From an uncultured Dehalococcoidia bacterium (GTDB lineage Bacteria; Chloroflexota; Dehalococcoidia; UBA6926), in the NCBI GenBank assembly GCA_964653005.1, contig CAZZAN010000002.1, forward strand, positions 213,975 to 277,974: a DNA stretch of 64,000 nucleotides. The letters run 5' to 3'. Made by a program: the position numbers and the translations under genes. This document shows, in pieces, positions 53,654-63,250 of the stretch. A model generated the notes under the pieces. That model saw only the letters and a list, made by a program, of their open reading frames with translations, ran no database searches and was not told where the DNA came from. Each line of letters starts with the position of its first letter. Positions within the stretch are counted from its first letter, which is position 1.

Positions 53654-54918
53654 CTGCCGAGGTACTTCGTCTGTTCTTCGGTTGGGCTGTCGATGGAAAT
53701 GCCGACGGAGTGCAGCTTGAGCCTTGCGACTTCTGCGTCGAGTTCTCGCGGGAGCGTGTGGACATCGTTGGAAAGGTCTGAGCCTTCACTGCCGGACAGA
53801 TACTCGGCGGCGAGCGCCTGATCAGCGAAGGAGAGGTCCATGACGGCGGACGGGTGCCCTTCGGCCGCGGCCAGGTTGATAAGTCGGCCTTCAGCCAGGA
53901 GATTGACCGTGCGGCCGTCTTTCATGGCGTAGGCCATGACGTTCGGCCTGAGTTCACGAGAGCTGTTGCTGGCCTCTTCAAGCGCCGGTATGTCGATCTC
54001 AACGTTGAAATGCCCCGAGTTGGTCAGCACGACGCCGTCCTTGAGCAAGGGGATATGGCTGCGACCAATGGCGTGGATGTCCCCCGTGACGGTGATGATG
54101 ACATCGGCCTGCGGAACGGCATCGGCAGTTGTCATCACACGGTTGCCATCCATCAGTGCTTCCAGGGCGCGGATGGGGTCGATCTCACTCACGATGACCT
54201 GCGCGCCCATGCCCCGTGCCCGCATAGCAACGCCGCGCCCGCACCAGCCGTATCCGGCAACGAGCACCGTCTTGCCAGCCCACAGGATGTTGGTGGCGCG
54301 CGTGATGCCGTCCAGCGTGCTCTGGCCGGTGCCGTAGCGATTGTCAAAGAGGTGCTTGGTGTCCGCATCATTGACGGCCACGACGGGATACATGAGCTTG
54401 CCCTGCTGGGCGAGGCTGCGGAGACGGATGACGCCGGTGGTCGTTTCCTCGCTCCCACCCCGGAGCCCCTCGATAAGGTCCTGCCGCTCGCCGTGGATGG
54501 TTGCCACGAGGTCTGCGCCGTCGTCCATCGTGATGGTGGGGTTGCCGTCAAGCGCCTGGTTGATGTGCTTGTAATACGTCTCCGTGTCCTCACCATGGAT
54601 AGCAAAGACGGAGATGCCGTGATTGGCGACGAGTGCCGCTGCGACTTCGTCCTGCGTGGAGAGGGGGTTAGAGGCACACAGACGCACTTCCGCGCCACCC
54701 TCTTTGAGGGCGAGCATGAGGTTGGCTGTTTCGGACGTGACGTGCAGGCAGGCGGCAATGCGCTGCCCCTCAAGCGGCCGTTCCTCGCGGAAGCGCTCCT
54801 GTATCAGTTTGACGACGGGCATTTCCCGCGCGGCCCACTCAATGCGGCGCTGGCCACTATCAGCGAGAGCCAGGTTGGCTATGTCATGGGCGGTATCAGT
54901 AACGGTCATTGGCGGCAC
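53635..54918 (-). CDS. ahcY: adenosylhomocysteinase
   Basis: LHVTSETANL, DDGADL, NAD site VAGYGWCGRGVA, and the C-terminal tail. Confidence 0.95.
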   Translation of the reverse strand: MPPMTVTDTAHDIANLALADSGQRRIEWAAREMPVVKLIQERFREERPLEGQRIAACLHVTSETANLMLALKEGGAEVRLCASNPLSTQDEVAAALVANHGISVFAIHGEDTETYYKHINQALDGNPTITMDDGADLVATIHGERQDLIEGLRGGSEETTTGVIRLRSLAQQGKLMYPVVAVNDADTKHLFDNRYGTGQSTLDGITRATNILWAGKTVLVAGYGWCGRGVAMRARGMGAQVIVSEIDPIRALEALMDGNRVMTTADAVPQADVIITVTGDIHAIGRSHIPLLKDGVVLTNSGHFNVEIDIPALEEASNSSRELRPNVMAYAMKDGRTVNLLAEGRLINLAAAEGHPSAVMDLSFADQALAAEYLSGSEGSDLSNDVHTLPRELDAEVARLKLHSVGISIDSPTEEQTKYLGSWEMGT

Positions 54919-54956
54919 GTTCTCCTATTGATTGATGGTGGCGGCAGGGACAGTGT

Positions 54957-56570
54957 TCATTCTATCGTGTCAGCGTCCAAACGCGAGACAAGGGTATCAA
55001 CGACAGTTTCGGGCGGCTCGGAGGTGTCAAGGCGTATGACGGTATCGGCGGGAAGTTCCGCCGGCGGCTGGAATGAGTCGCGCTGGGCCGCGTAGATTTC
55101 CCAGCGGCCGTCCGTGGGGACGCCGCGCTCCTCGACACGGGCATCAAGGCGTTGACGAGTTTCCTCTTCAGGGAGTTCGCAGAGAACCATGAGGAGCGGG
55201 ACGCCTGTGGTGTTCGAAAGGTCCGTGAAGCGTTGGCGCTGCCGGGCGTTGGAGAATGAGGCGTCAACGACGACGGAGCGGCCCTGCGAGAGGGCCTCGG
55301 CGGCGAGACGAGCGGTCTCATCGTAGGTTCGCTCCGTCATCTCAGGCGAATAAATCTCGGTATTCCACTCAACGAAGTGGCGTTCATCCTCCGGGACGCC
55401 TGCAAGCTGCTTCCGGACGACATCGCTGGAGAAATAGGCATGTCCGCGCTCCCGCGCGAGTCCCTCTGCCAGCGTGCTCTTTCCGGTTCCCATGAGGCCG
55501 CCTATAAGGACGATGTTGGGGCCAATCATCGTGCGGGCGTATTGCTCTGCAAGACGGAAATAAGCCTCCGCACGCTCCCTGACTTCTGTTGCCTCCTGGT
55601 CGCTGAGGCCGGGCTGATCCAGCCGAAAACCTTCAACTTTGCCGCGGACGTAGGCGCGGTAGCACTGATAGAAGGGCAACAGTTCAGGCATTCCGGGATC
55701 ATCAGCCTTTTCCAAGTAGCCATCAACAAAGGCGCGGGCAAGGTTTGCGTGGCCGCGGGCTTCGAGGTCCATCGCCATGAATCCAACGTCCCACGCGACA
55801 TCCCCGTATCTGAATCGTTCGTTGAAATCGATGCAGTCGAGGACATGGATTCGTCCGTCGGCTTCAATGCAGATCTGCTGGACGTGGAGATCTCCGTGTG
55901 TGTCACGGACAAAACCGTTCAGTGAGCGGGAGTGGAACAGAGCTTCACGTTGCTTCATGAAACGGCGGGCGTATCGGGAGACGGCGTCGTACGTTTCCTG
56001 GGAAATAGTGCGGCCGATATACGCCTCCGTCTGCTCAAAGTTCTCTTCAATATTGAAGCGGACGCCTTCGAGATCGCCTGCGGCGGCAATCTTATCGCTT
56101 GTCGGCTCATGAGCGTGGACATTAGCGACAATGCGGCCAAGTTCAGCCATCATCTCCGGAGTAACCTCGCCGCGCTCTAACCGAGCATCCAGCATCATGT
56201 CTTCCGGCAGGCGAACCATCTGGACGAGGTATTCAACGGCCGCAGGGTTCTCCTCCGCGACGATGCGATAGCCGCCTCGTCCATTCGGTATAACGGCGCG
56301 GACTTCGCGGTAAATGTCCGGGGCGGCGCGCTGGTTGAGAAAGAGTTCCTGATAGCAGAAGTGGCGGCGCTTTTGGAGGGTGGTGAAATCCAGAAAGCCG
56401 TAATCGACAGCTTTCTTCATCTTGTAAGCGCGGCTGCCGGCGAGGAAGACGACGGCGGAGTGGGTTTCACGAACTTCGACGGTGTCGACACCATCGCGAG
56501 GGGGATAGGTTGCAGGGGAACTGAGGGCGTCGATTATGGGACGCTGGGCTTCGTACGGGTCAGTAGTCAC
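54957..56570 (-). CDS. fusion of phosphotransferase (APH-like) domain and P-loop kinase domain
   Basis: APH-like HGDLHVQQI...LDCIDFNERFRYGDVAWD. C-terminal P-loop LIGGLMGTGKST. Confidence 0.7.
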   Translation of the reverse strand: MTTDPYEAQRPIIDALSSPATYPPRDGVDTVEVRETHSAVVFLAGSRAYKMKKAVDYGFLDFTTLQKRRHFCYQELFLNQRAAPDIYREVRAVIPNGRGGYRIVAEENPAAVEYLVQMVRLPEDMMLDARLERGEVTPEMMAELGRIVANVHAHEPTSDKIAAAGDLEGVRFNIEENFEQTEAYIGRTISQETYDAVSRYARRFMKQREALFHSRSLNGFVRDTHGDLHVQQICIEADGRIHVLDCIDFNERFRYGDVAWDVGFMAMDLEARGHANLARAFVDGYLEKADDPGMPELLPFYQCYRAYVRGKVEGFRLDQPGLSDQEATEVRERAEAYFRLAEQYARTMIGPNIVLIGGLMGTGKSTLAEGLARERGHAYFSSDVVRKQLAGVPEDERHFVEWNTEIYSPEMTERTYDETARLAAEALSQGRSVVVDASFSNARQRQRFTDLSNTTGVPLLMVLCELPEEETRQRLDARVEERGVPTDGRWEIYAAQRDSFQPPAELPADTVIRLDTSEPPETVVDTLVSRLDADTIE

Positions 56571-56584
56571 CGGATGGCGCAGGC

Positions 56585-56926
56585 TCAGTCCTGCGCGGTG
56601 GGGTGGCCGGCCTTTTTCCAGGCGTCGAAGCCGCCCTCCATGCTGTAGAGCGGACCGGCGACACCGACGGAGGCGGCAAGTTCCGAGGCCAAGGCGGATC
56701 GGACACCGGCGGCGCAGTAGAAGACGATGGGTTGATCCTTGGGCAAATCATCGACGGCGCTCATGTTGATGATGTCGTTCACGGAGATGCGGGTTGCGCC
56801 TTCGATGTACCCCTCGTCCCATTCCTCTTGCTCACGAACATCAATTAGCGCAATGTCGCCGCTGTCGATAAGCTCTCTTGCCTTATTGATGTCAACTCGC
56901 TCAAAGGGCTCTGCCGGAGATGTCAT
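56585..56926 (-). CDS. rhodanese-domain sulfurtransferase
   Basis: Active-site loop FYCAAGVRS; 113 aa. Confidence 0.8.
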   Translation of the reverse strand: MTSPAEPFERVDINKARELIDSGDIALIDVREQEEWDEGYIEGATRISVNDIINMSAVDDLPKDQPIVFYCAAGVRSALASELAASVGVAGPLYSMEGGFDAWKKAGHPTAQD

Positions 56927-57078
56927 CGTTGCCTGTCTCCCATTCGTCAGAAAGATTCATCGTCCCTACAAACTATAGGGATTTTTGAGACGCGGTGATA
57001 GGGGGAGGCATCAAAAAAGGCGAATCTGCGGCGGGCGCTGCCCGCCGCAGATTCGTCCCCCACTCGCCTTTCTCCCCG

Positions 57079-57432
57079 TCAGATGGCCGCCTCGCCGGTT
57101 TCACCCGTCCGAACGCGGATGACATCCTCCACAGGAGTGACAAAGATCTTGCCATCGCCAACCTCACCATCGCCCGGGCTGCGAGCGCCACGGATGATGG
57201 CATTGATCACGTCATCTTTCATACCGTCTTCGATGACGGCCCGGACAATGGTCCTTGGCCGCTCATGGCGACGGGTCATCTGCCCCGCGCGGCCAACGAA
57301 CACTTCAACCCCGCCCTGTCGACCCGTGCCGGTGACGTTGGCGTAGTAGAACTTGCGGCAGCCGACTGCCTCCAATTCCCCTACGACGTCCTCAATTGTT
57401 TCAGGCCTGATAATCGCCTCTATACTCAGCAT
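57079..57432 (-). CDS. glnK: P-II nitrogen regulatory protein
   Basis: IEAIIRPE...VTGTGRQGG (T-loop)...GDGKIFV. Sits downstream of amtB. Confidence 0.85.
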   Translation of the reverse strand: MLSIEAIIRPETIEDVVGELEAVGCRKFYYANVTGTGRQGGVEVFVGRAGQMTRRHERPRTIVRAVIEDGMKDDVINAIIRGARSPGDGEVGDGKIFVTPVEDVIRVRTGETGEAAI

Positions 57433-57541
57433 CGTCGTCTCCTATTCCTTCTGCGCGGCCCGGCGGTGTTGGTCCACCGGGCCGCGGGATCGCTCCCCGC
57501 TCGTGCGCTGCTCCCGATTCTAGTCATTCCTGCGCGCAGGT

Positions 57542-58768
57542 CTAGTCCGCGCCGTCTGCGACGTATGCGCGCTCACCATGCGCGGCCAAGTCAAGACCCT
57601 CATCTTCGGCAGGCTCCGGCTCCCTGAGTCCGAGTCCGGGGATCAGGTCCAGCACCTTCAGGATGACGAAGGTGGCGACACCGGAGTAGGCGAGTGTAGC
57701 GACAACACCGACCACCTGCACTCCCATCTGCTCCGGGTTGCCTTCAAGCAGTCCTGCCGTGCCGCCAATGGCCTCAACGGCGAAGATTCCTGTACCAAGC
57801 GCGCCCCAGATTCCGGCGACACCGTGTACACCGAAGACGTCAAGCGCATCATCAAAGCCCATTCGCGGCCTGTAGAGCACGAAGAAGTACGGGATGATCC
57901 CGGCGCCGATGCCAAGGACAAGCGCGCCCATGACATTGACGAATCCGGCTGCCGGGGTGATGGCGACCAGGCCGGCCACCGCGCCCGTGGCGATGCCGAC
58001 GGCACTTATGCGCTTGGTCTGGATGTAGGAGAGGATGCCCCACGTCAGCGCAGCTGCAGCAGCAGCCGTGTTGGTAACGAGCAGCGCGTTTGCGCCCTGT
58101 CCATTGGCCGCCAGGCCGGAACCGGCGTTGAAGCCGAACCAGCCGAACCAGAGGATGCCCGCGCCCAGCACGACATAGGGGACGTTGTGCGGCTCAAGAG
58201 CCGGCCTGCGCCTGCGTCCCACAAGGACGGCGGCAATGAGGGCCGCAACGCCCGCGTTGATGTGAACAACGGTGCCGCCCGCGAAGTCAAGCGCGCCCAT
58301 GTCAAAGAGCCAGCCGCCCTCGGCCCAGACCCAGTGACAAATGGGGGCGTAAACGAGGGTCAGCCAGAGGACAAGGAAGATGATGTACGTGGTGAACTTG
58401 AACCTCTCTACGATCGCGCCCGTGATAAGGGCGGGTGTGATGATGGCGAACATCATCTGGAATGCAACGAAGAGAAGGTCAGGTATGTTGCCTCCGTCAT
58501 CGATGCCGATGCCGGAGAGGCCAATGTAGGAGAAATCACCTACGAATGCGTTAAGGTCACCGCCGTCGCCAAAGGCCAGGCTGTATCCCCAAAGCACCCA
58601 GACAATGCTGGCCACTGCCATCGACACAAAGCTAAGTGAAATGGTGCTGATGGCGTTTCGCCCACGCACCAGTCCGCCATAGAAGAAAGCGAGGCCCGGT
58701 GTCATGAACAGCACAAGTGCTGTTGACATCAACATCCAGGCAGTATCGCCGCTATTGAACTCGCCCAT
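57542..58768 (-). CDS. amtB: ammonium transporter
   Basis: DTAWMLMSTALVLFMTPGLAFFYGG, DFAGGTVVHINAG, VHGVAGIWG. ATG 58768 is preceded by RBS GGAGG. Confidence 0.9.
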   Translation of the reverse strand: MGEFNSGDTAWMLMSTALVLFMTPGLAFFYGGLVRGRNAISTISLSFVSMAVASIVWVLWGYSLAFGDGGDLNAFVGDFSYIGLSGIGIDDGGNIPDLLFVAFQMMFAIITPALITGAIVERFKFTTYIIFLVLWLTLVYAPICHWVWAEGGWLFDMGALDFAGGTVVHINAGVAALIAAVLVGRRRRPALEPHNVPYVVLGAGILWFGWFGFNAGSGLAANGQGANALLVTNTAAAAAALTWGILSYIQTKRISAVGIATGAVAGLVAITPAAGFVNVMGALVLGIGAGIIPYFFVLYRPRMGFDDALDVFGVHGVAGIWGALGTGIFAVEAIGGTAGLLEGNPEQMGVQVVGVVATLAYSGVATFVILKVLDLIPGLGLREPEPAEDEGLDLAAHGERAYVADGAD

Positions 58769-58850
58769 CCTGTCCTCCTTCCAGAACAACGAACGACACG
58801 GCTTTGGCCGCGTATCACCATCAATCCTGTGGTCGTTCTGTGACGCCTCA

Positions 58851-58877
58851 GTTACACGAGGGTTACAATCGTGTTAC
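58851..58877. promoter_or_regulatory. three GTTAC direct repeats with 11-nt phasing upstream of amtB
   Basis: GTTAC at 58851, 58862 and 58873, which is 83-109 nt upstream of the amtB ATG. Confidence 0.35.
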
Positions 58878-58903
58878 GCGGCATGGACAGCCGCGCAGCA
58901 TAC

Positions 58904-59722
58904 ATGAGCACCAACGATCCGATAACACTTCGGCCTGAGGGCCGCCAGCTCACTGCCGTTCTCAGTCGCCCTCCTGATAACTTCATCGACCGCGCAATGG
59001 CTTCCTCTTTGAAAGAGCTATGCGCGACGCTGCGCGAGGACAGCCCGTTCGATGTACTGATCATCACCGGCGATCAGGCGGCGGCGGGACAGAGCGAGAG
59101 GGACACGGCTGCTTTCTCGCGAGGGACAGGCGAGGCTTTCCTTTCTGAATCGGCGGAGGCCTCATCAGGAAACGCGACTCAAGCGCTGTCCGACAGCTAT
59201 CGATGCGCGAGCGCCATAGCCTCTCTGCCGTTTCCCGTTATCGCCGCCATTAATGGAGACGCTTACGACCAGGGGCTTGAGCTGGCACTGGCAGCGGATA
59301 TCCGCGTGGCGGCCGAGACTGCTCAGTTCCGGATGGGCCAGGCGCTGCAGGGAATCATTCCGTGGGACGGCGGCACGCAGCGATTGCCTCGCATCGTTGG
59401 GCCCGCCCATGCGACGGATCTCCTGCTGACCGGCCGAACCATAGGAGCCGAAGAGGCTCTGGGCATGGGGCTGATCAATCGAGTTGTGCCATCTACCGAC
59501 GTCCTCAACACCGTGCAGGAGATAGCGGAACAGATACTTGCCGGCGGGCCAATCGCGGCGCGTTATGCGAAGGAGGTTATCCTGTCGGGCTCTGAGATGA
59601 CGCTTGACCAGGGCATCCTATTGGAGACCGACCTGACCATGATCCTCCAGACTACGAAGGATCGCGACGAGGGAATTCGGTCATTTCTTGAACGGCGGGA
59701 TCCGGAGTTCACGGGAGAGTAG
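58904..59722 (+). CDS. enoyl-CoA hydratase/isomerase family protein
   Basis: AAINGDAYDQGLELALAADIR, plus a crotonase-fold C-terminus. ATG 58904 is preferred over GTG 58871, which overlaps the GTTAC repeats. Confidence 0.8.
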   Translation: MSTNDPITLRPEGRQLTAVLSRPPDNFIDRAMASSLKELCATLREDSPFDVLIITGDQAAAGQSERDTAAFSRGTGEAFLSESAEASSGNATQALSDSYRCASAIASLPFPVIAAINGDAYDQGLELALAADIRVAAETAQFRMGQALQGIIPWDGGTQRLPRIVGPAHATDLLLTGRTIGAEEALGMGLINRVVPSTDVLNTVQEIAEQILAGGPIAARYAKEVILSGSEMTLDQGILLETDLTMILQTTKDRDEGIRSFLERRDPEFTGE

Positions 59723-59792
59723 CAGCTTCTTTGACGCTCTCCTTTGCTACCCCCACAATTGGCGGTGTTGGTTGAGTAGAGCGGAGTGTGCC

Positions 59793-60296
59793 ATGACGCA
59801 GGGTGAGATGGATCGGCCCGAGGACGAATCCGAGGGGCAAGAGCGCCGTACGGAGGAAGGTCAACACGCGAATTACGTGCCGGGCTCCGCAGCTGATCCG
59901 AGGATGAGGCAACAGGCCGGATCAGACACGGACGGCGGGGCATATTACGGGCCTGTGAGCAACCCTGAAGAACGCAGTTGGTCGACGCTCATTCACCTCA
60001 GCGCCCTGAGTGGCATCATCTTCCCGTTTGCAAACATCATCGCTCCACTAGTCGTCTGGCTCTTGTTTCGAGCCCGGTCGGACATGGTCGACTACCATGG
60101 CAAGCGAGCTCTGAACTTCCAGATCAGCTTCTTCATTTACAGCATTGTGTCGGCCCTGCTGATGTTGGTCGTGATTGGTTTCGCGTTGTTCCCGATTGTC
60201 GTTGTCATATGGCTCATCTGGACGATTGTGGCCGGAGTAAGGGCGAGTCGGGGTGATCCGCCGGGGTACATCCTGTCCATCGGTTTCCTGAAGTAG
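59793..60296 (+). CDS. DUF4870-like membrane protein, paralog 1
   Basis: ERSWSTLIHLSALSG...PLVVWLLFRARSDMVDYHGKRALNFQISF...RASRGDPPGY. Confidence 0.75.
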   Translation: MTQGEMDRPEDESEGQERRTEEGQHANYVPGSAADPRMRQQAGSDTDGGAYYGPVSNPEERSWSTLIHLSALSGIIFPFANIIAPLVVWLLFRARSDMVDYHGKRALNFQISFFIYSIVSALLMLVVIGFALFPIVVVIWLIWTIVAGVRASRGDPPGYILSIGFLK

Positions 60297-60377
60297 GCAC
60301 CCGGCTTCGCAATACTGAGGGAGTTTCTCCTGTTACCGGGATAGACTGTTCCTGTAGAGGGTTCATCGGAGGACGCC

Positions 60378-60851
60378 ATGGAGAACGAATCGCCTGCGCC
60401 TGAAAGGCCAAACGGGCCGGTCTATGGCGATCTCTGGAGTCCGGAAGAGCGCAACTGGTCGATGCTGGTGCACCTCTCGGCCCTAAGTTCGCTGGTGACG
60501 TCCGGACTTGGCGGCATCCTGGGGCCGCTAATCGTTTGGCTCATCTTCCGGGGGAGGTCGGACATGGTGAACTTCCATGGCAAGAAGGCCCTCAATTTCA
60601 ATATCAGTTTCCTCATCTACTACATCATCCTGATCGCGCTGATGATCCCGTTCTTTGTCATCGGGACTATTGCCGATATCGAGCAGGAAATCGTCGCAGG
60701 ATTCTGGGAAACGCTTGCGTTGTTGGGCGTGTCGTTGTTCCTCATGCTCATCCTGGGCATCACCTGGATCATTTGGACGATAGTCGCTGCCGTTCGGGCC
60801 AGTCGGGGAGACCCGCCGGGGTATGTTCTGGCAATTCCGTTTTTGAAGTGA
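60378..60851 (+). CDS. DUF4870-like membrane protein, paralog 2
   Basis: ERNWSMLVHLSALSS...PLIVWLIFRGRSDMVNFHGKKALNFNISF...RASRGDPPGY. Confidence 0.75.
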   Translation: MENESPAPERPNGPVYGDLWSPEERNWSMLVHLSALSSLVTSGLGGILGPLIVWLIFRGRSDMVNFHGKKALNFNISFLIYYIILIALMIPFFVIGTIADIEQEIVAGFWETLALLGVSLFLMLILGITWIIWTIVAAVRASRGDPPGYVLAIPFLK

Positions 60852-60864
60852 GGAGGGCAATACT

Positions 60865-61377
60865 ATGCAGCCGAATCAGGAAGGATTGCCCCCGGAAGAC
60901 ATAGCAAATCAGCAGCAGGAAACAACTCGTGGGGATCAGACCACTTGGGCCGTCCTCATTCACCTGAGCGGCTTTGCGGGGCTATTCTTCTTTGGCCTGC
61001 AGATCGTTGCGCCGCTTATTCTATGGCTTGTCAGCCGATCAAACCGGGAGATGGTGAACGCCCACGGCAAGGCGGCTCTCAACTTTCAGATCAGCATAAT
61101 CCTCTACCAGATCGTATTTGCCATCGCTATGGTGATCTTTTTCATTGCCGTAGCTGCAGCGAATTCCGAGCGTCTCGCTGATCTAGCGGAAGGCACGATG
61201 ACCGACGAAGAGCAGTTTTCGGAAATCCTCAGCGTCTTCCTGCGTCCCATTCTTATTGCAGTCGGATTAGGAATAGTCGGCTTCCTGTTCTGGGCAATCA
61301 TGATGATTCGCGCTGCAGTGCGCGCCGGTGGCGGCAAGACCGCAGGCTACATCCTCGCGATTCCGTTTTTTAGGTGA
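60865..61377 (+). CDS. DUF4870-like membrane protein, paralog 3
   Basis: QTTWAVLIHLSGFAG...PLILWLVSRSNREMVNAHGKAALNFQISI...RAGGGKTAGY. Confidence 0.75.
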   Translation: MQPNQEGLPPEDIANQQQETTRGDQTTWAVLIHLSGFAGLFFFGLQIVAPLILWLVSRSNREMVNAHGKAALNFQISIILYQIVFAIAMVIFFIAVAAANSERLADLAEGTMTDEEQFSEILSVFLRPILIAVGLGIVGFLFWAIMMIRAAVRAGGGKTAGYILAIPFFR

Positions 61378-61389
61378 GGTGGCTGCGGC

Positions 61390-62112
61390 GTGGCGCAAGA
61401 AAGCGGAGCTGCGGCGCTGTGCGAGGTGGACGAGTCCGGCCTCGCGCGGATTACGCTCAACCGACCTACGCAACTGAACGCGTTCAATGTGCAGATGCGG
61501 GATGACCTGTTCGCCATTTTGACAGAGCTGCACGCGCATCCTGATCTGGATGCGGTGCTCATCACAGGGGCCGGAGAAAGGGCCTTCTGCTCCGGGGCGG
61601 ACCTGACCGAGTTCGGCAGCACGCCATCACGCGTCATTGCTCGCGAGGCTCGTTATCTGCGCGATGTGTGGTCGCTGCTTCGGTCGCTGCCCGTGCCGAC
61701 TGTTGCGGCTATGCACGGGTTCTCAATCGGCTCAGGGTTGGAGATGGCGCTGTGCTGCGATTTCCGCATTGCCGCTGACAACACGCGATTCCGCCTGCCG
61801 GAGGTGGCACTGGGGATGATTCCGTTCGCAACAGGCAGTCAGTCCTTGCCCCGTGTAATCAGACGAGCATGGGCGCTGGATCTTCTGCTGACGAGCCGTT
61901 GGTTTGATGCGAAAGAGGCGCTGCGAATGGGCGTAGTCAATCGAGTAGTTCCCACAGAGCGCCTGGCAGAAGAGGTCCATACCTTGCTGGCAGAGACACG
62001 GCGGCTGCCTCGTGGGGCACGTGAGGCGATGAAAGCGGCATTGCGGCGGGGAGCGGACGTCACCTTGGCAGAGGGTTTGCGGATAGAGACAGCGCTGGCG
62101 GCAACTCTTTAG
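61390..62112 (+). CDS. enoyl-CoA hydratase/isomerase family protein
   Basis: ITLNRPTQLNAF, FCSGADL, AAMHGFSIGSGLEMALCCD. Confidence 0.85.
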   Translation: MAQESGAAALCEVDESGLARITLNRPTQLNAFNVQMRDDLFAILTELHAHPDLDAVLITGAGERAFCSGADLTEFGSTPSRVIAREARYLRDVWSLLRSLPVPTVAAMHGFSIGSGLEMALCCDFRIAADNTRFRLPEVALGMIPFATGSQSLPRVIRRAWALDLLLTSRWFDAKEALRMGVVNRVVPTERLAEEVHTLLAETRRLPRGAREAMKAALRRGADVTLAEGLRIETALAATL

Positions 62113-62130
62113 ATTCCTGCTCTCACGCCC

Positions 62131-62961
62131 GTGGGCTTTGGACTCACCTTAGACTGGTTACATGTCCCTTACGTATTAGGGGCAGGAAAGGTCTTATACG
62201 TGAAGAATAGAAGTCTGGTAATCAGCGCTATAGGAATTGTATTTGTCGCGGGCATTCTGTTGTTTGCCGCGGCGTGCGAGGGGGAGCCGACTCCCACACC
62301 AACGCCCGAGCCTACGGCGACACCAACACACACGCCAACTCCCACCCCTCCGACGGTGACGCCAACCCCTGTCCCCATCGATATCAATGAACTCGCGCTC
62401 ACCGATACAACTACGGTCGGTGAATTGCTTGCTGCCTTCTCGCCTGACGAGGTCGATTGCATTCGAAGCACCATTGGCTCCGAGGCCGTTGACATGATGT
62501 ACAACGTTCCGTTCCAGTCACTTCAGGGAGAGGTCTCGGATTTCCCGATTCACTGCCTCTCCACCGAGAACAGCATTGGGCTTACCGTCGCTTTCATGTC
62601 CTCCGAGGCAGGTGGCCTCAGCACGGAGACCCGCAGTTGCATTACCGATATCGGGATTGCGAATCCGAGCATTCTCGGCATGGGCCCGCCACCGGAGAAT
62701 CCAGCAGCCCTGTTCGCAGGCGCAATTCAGATGCAGCTGTGCCTGACCGATGAAGAGGCTGAGGCATTTGCCGCCATGCAGGGAACCGAACTGCCGTCGC
62801 CTTCGGCACTGCGGTGTCTTGAAGAACAGTTCGGCGGACAGGAAGCATTCATGGCGTCACTGACTGACCCGGAGGCCGGGGAAGAAGCAATACTCGGTAT
62901 CTTTGCGGCAGCCATGGCTTGCGGTGAGGTTATCCAACCGGAGGGGACGCCAACCGGCTGA
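62131..62961 (+). CDS. lipoprotein with Pro/Thr-rich linker
   Basis: Signal ending LLFAAACEG, then a (PTPT)n linker and a Cys-containing domain. The start may be GTG 62200. Confidence 0.6.
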   Translation: MGFGLTLDWLHVPYVLGAGKVLYVKNRSLVISAIGIVFVAGILLFAAACEGEPTPTPTPEPTATPTHTPTPTPPTVTPTPVPIDINELALTDTTTVGELLAAFSPDEVDCIRSTIGSEAVDMMYNVPFQSLQGEVSDFPIHCLSTENSIGLTVAFMSSEAGGLSTETRSCITDIGIANPSILGMGPPPENPAALFAGAIQMQLCLTDEEAEAFAAMQGTELPSPSALRCLEEQFGGQEAFMASLTDPEAGEEAILGIFAAAMACGEVIQPEGTPTG

Positions 62962-63189
62962 TTTTCCCGCTTCGCGTTCCGCACTAAATGGCCTGTGCTC
63001 TTTGGCTTCCGCGTTCCGGCGCTGACGGTCACCATCACCAGTGCGCTTGCTGATGCTCGTCTTTCATGCGAAAGGCGAGCATGCGGCTGGGCATGACAGT
63101 ATTCAAAAATGGTGACATTAAGGCGGCGCTCTGCTAGTATCTGCTGGCTACACTCGCCGATGTGGTGGGGCATTTTTGAGGGGGCTCCG

Positions 63190-63235
63190 GTTTCCGTTTT
63201 CGCGGGAATGACAGGGGTTTCGTGTCAATGACGGG
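63190..63235. repeat. hairpin repeat family C (two degenerate units)
   Basis: tttccgttttcgcgggaatgacagg and tttcgtgtcaatgacgg. Confidence 0.6.
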
Positions 63236-63250
63236 GAGGGGATTTCACGG

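Noticed and set aside
54919-54956. SAH or SAM riboswitch upstream of ahcY/metK
   Set aside because: The spacer is only 38 nt and metK directly follows the thioesterase gene, so there is no room for a riboswitch aptamer.
53854-55095. 413-aa plus-strand ORF
   Set aside because: Antisense shadow of ahcY and the start of the kinase-fusion gene.
57578-58639. 353-aa plus-strand ORF
   Set aside because: Antisense shadow of amtB.
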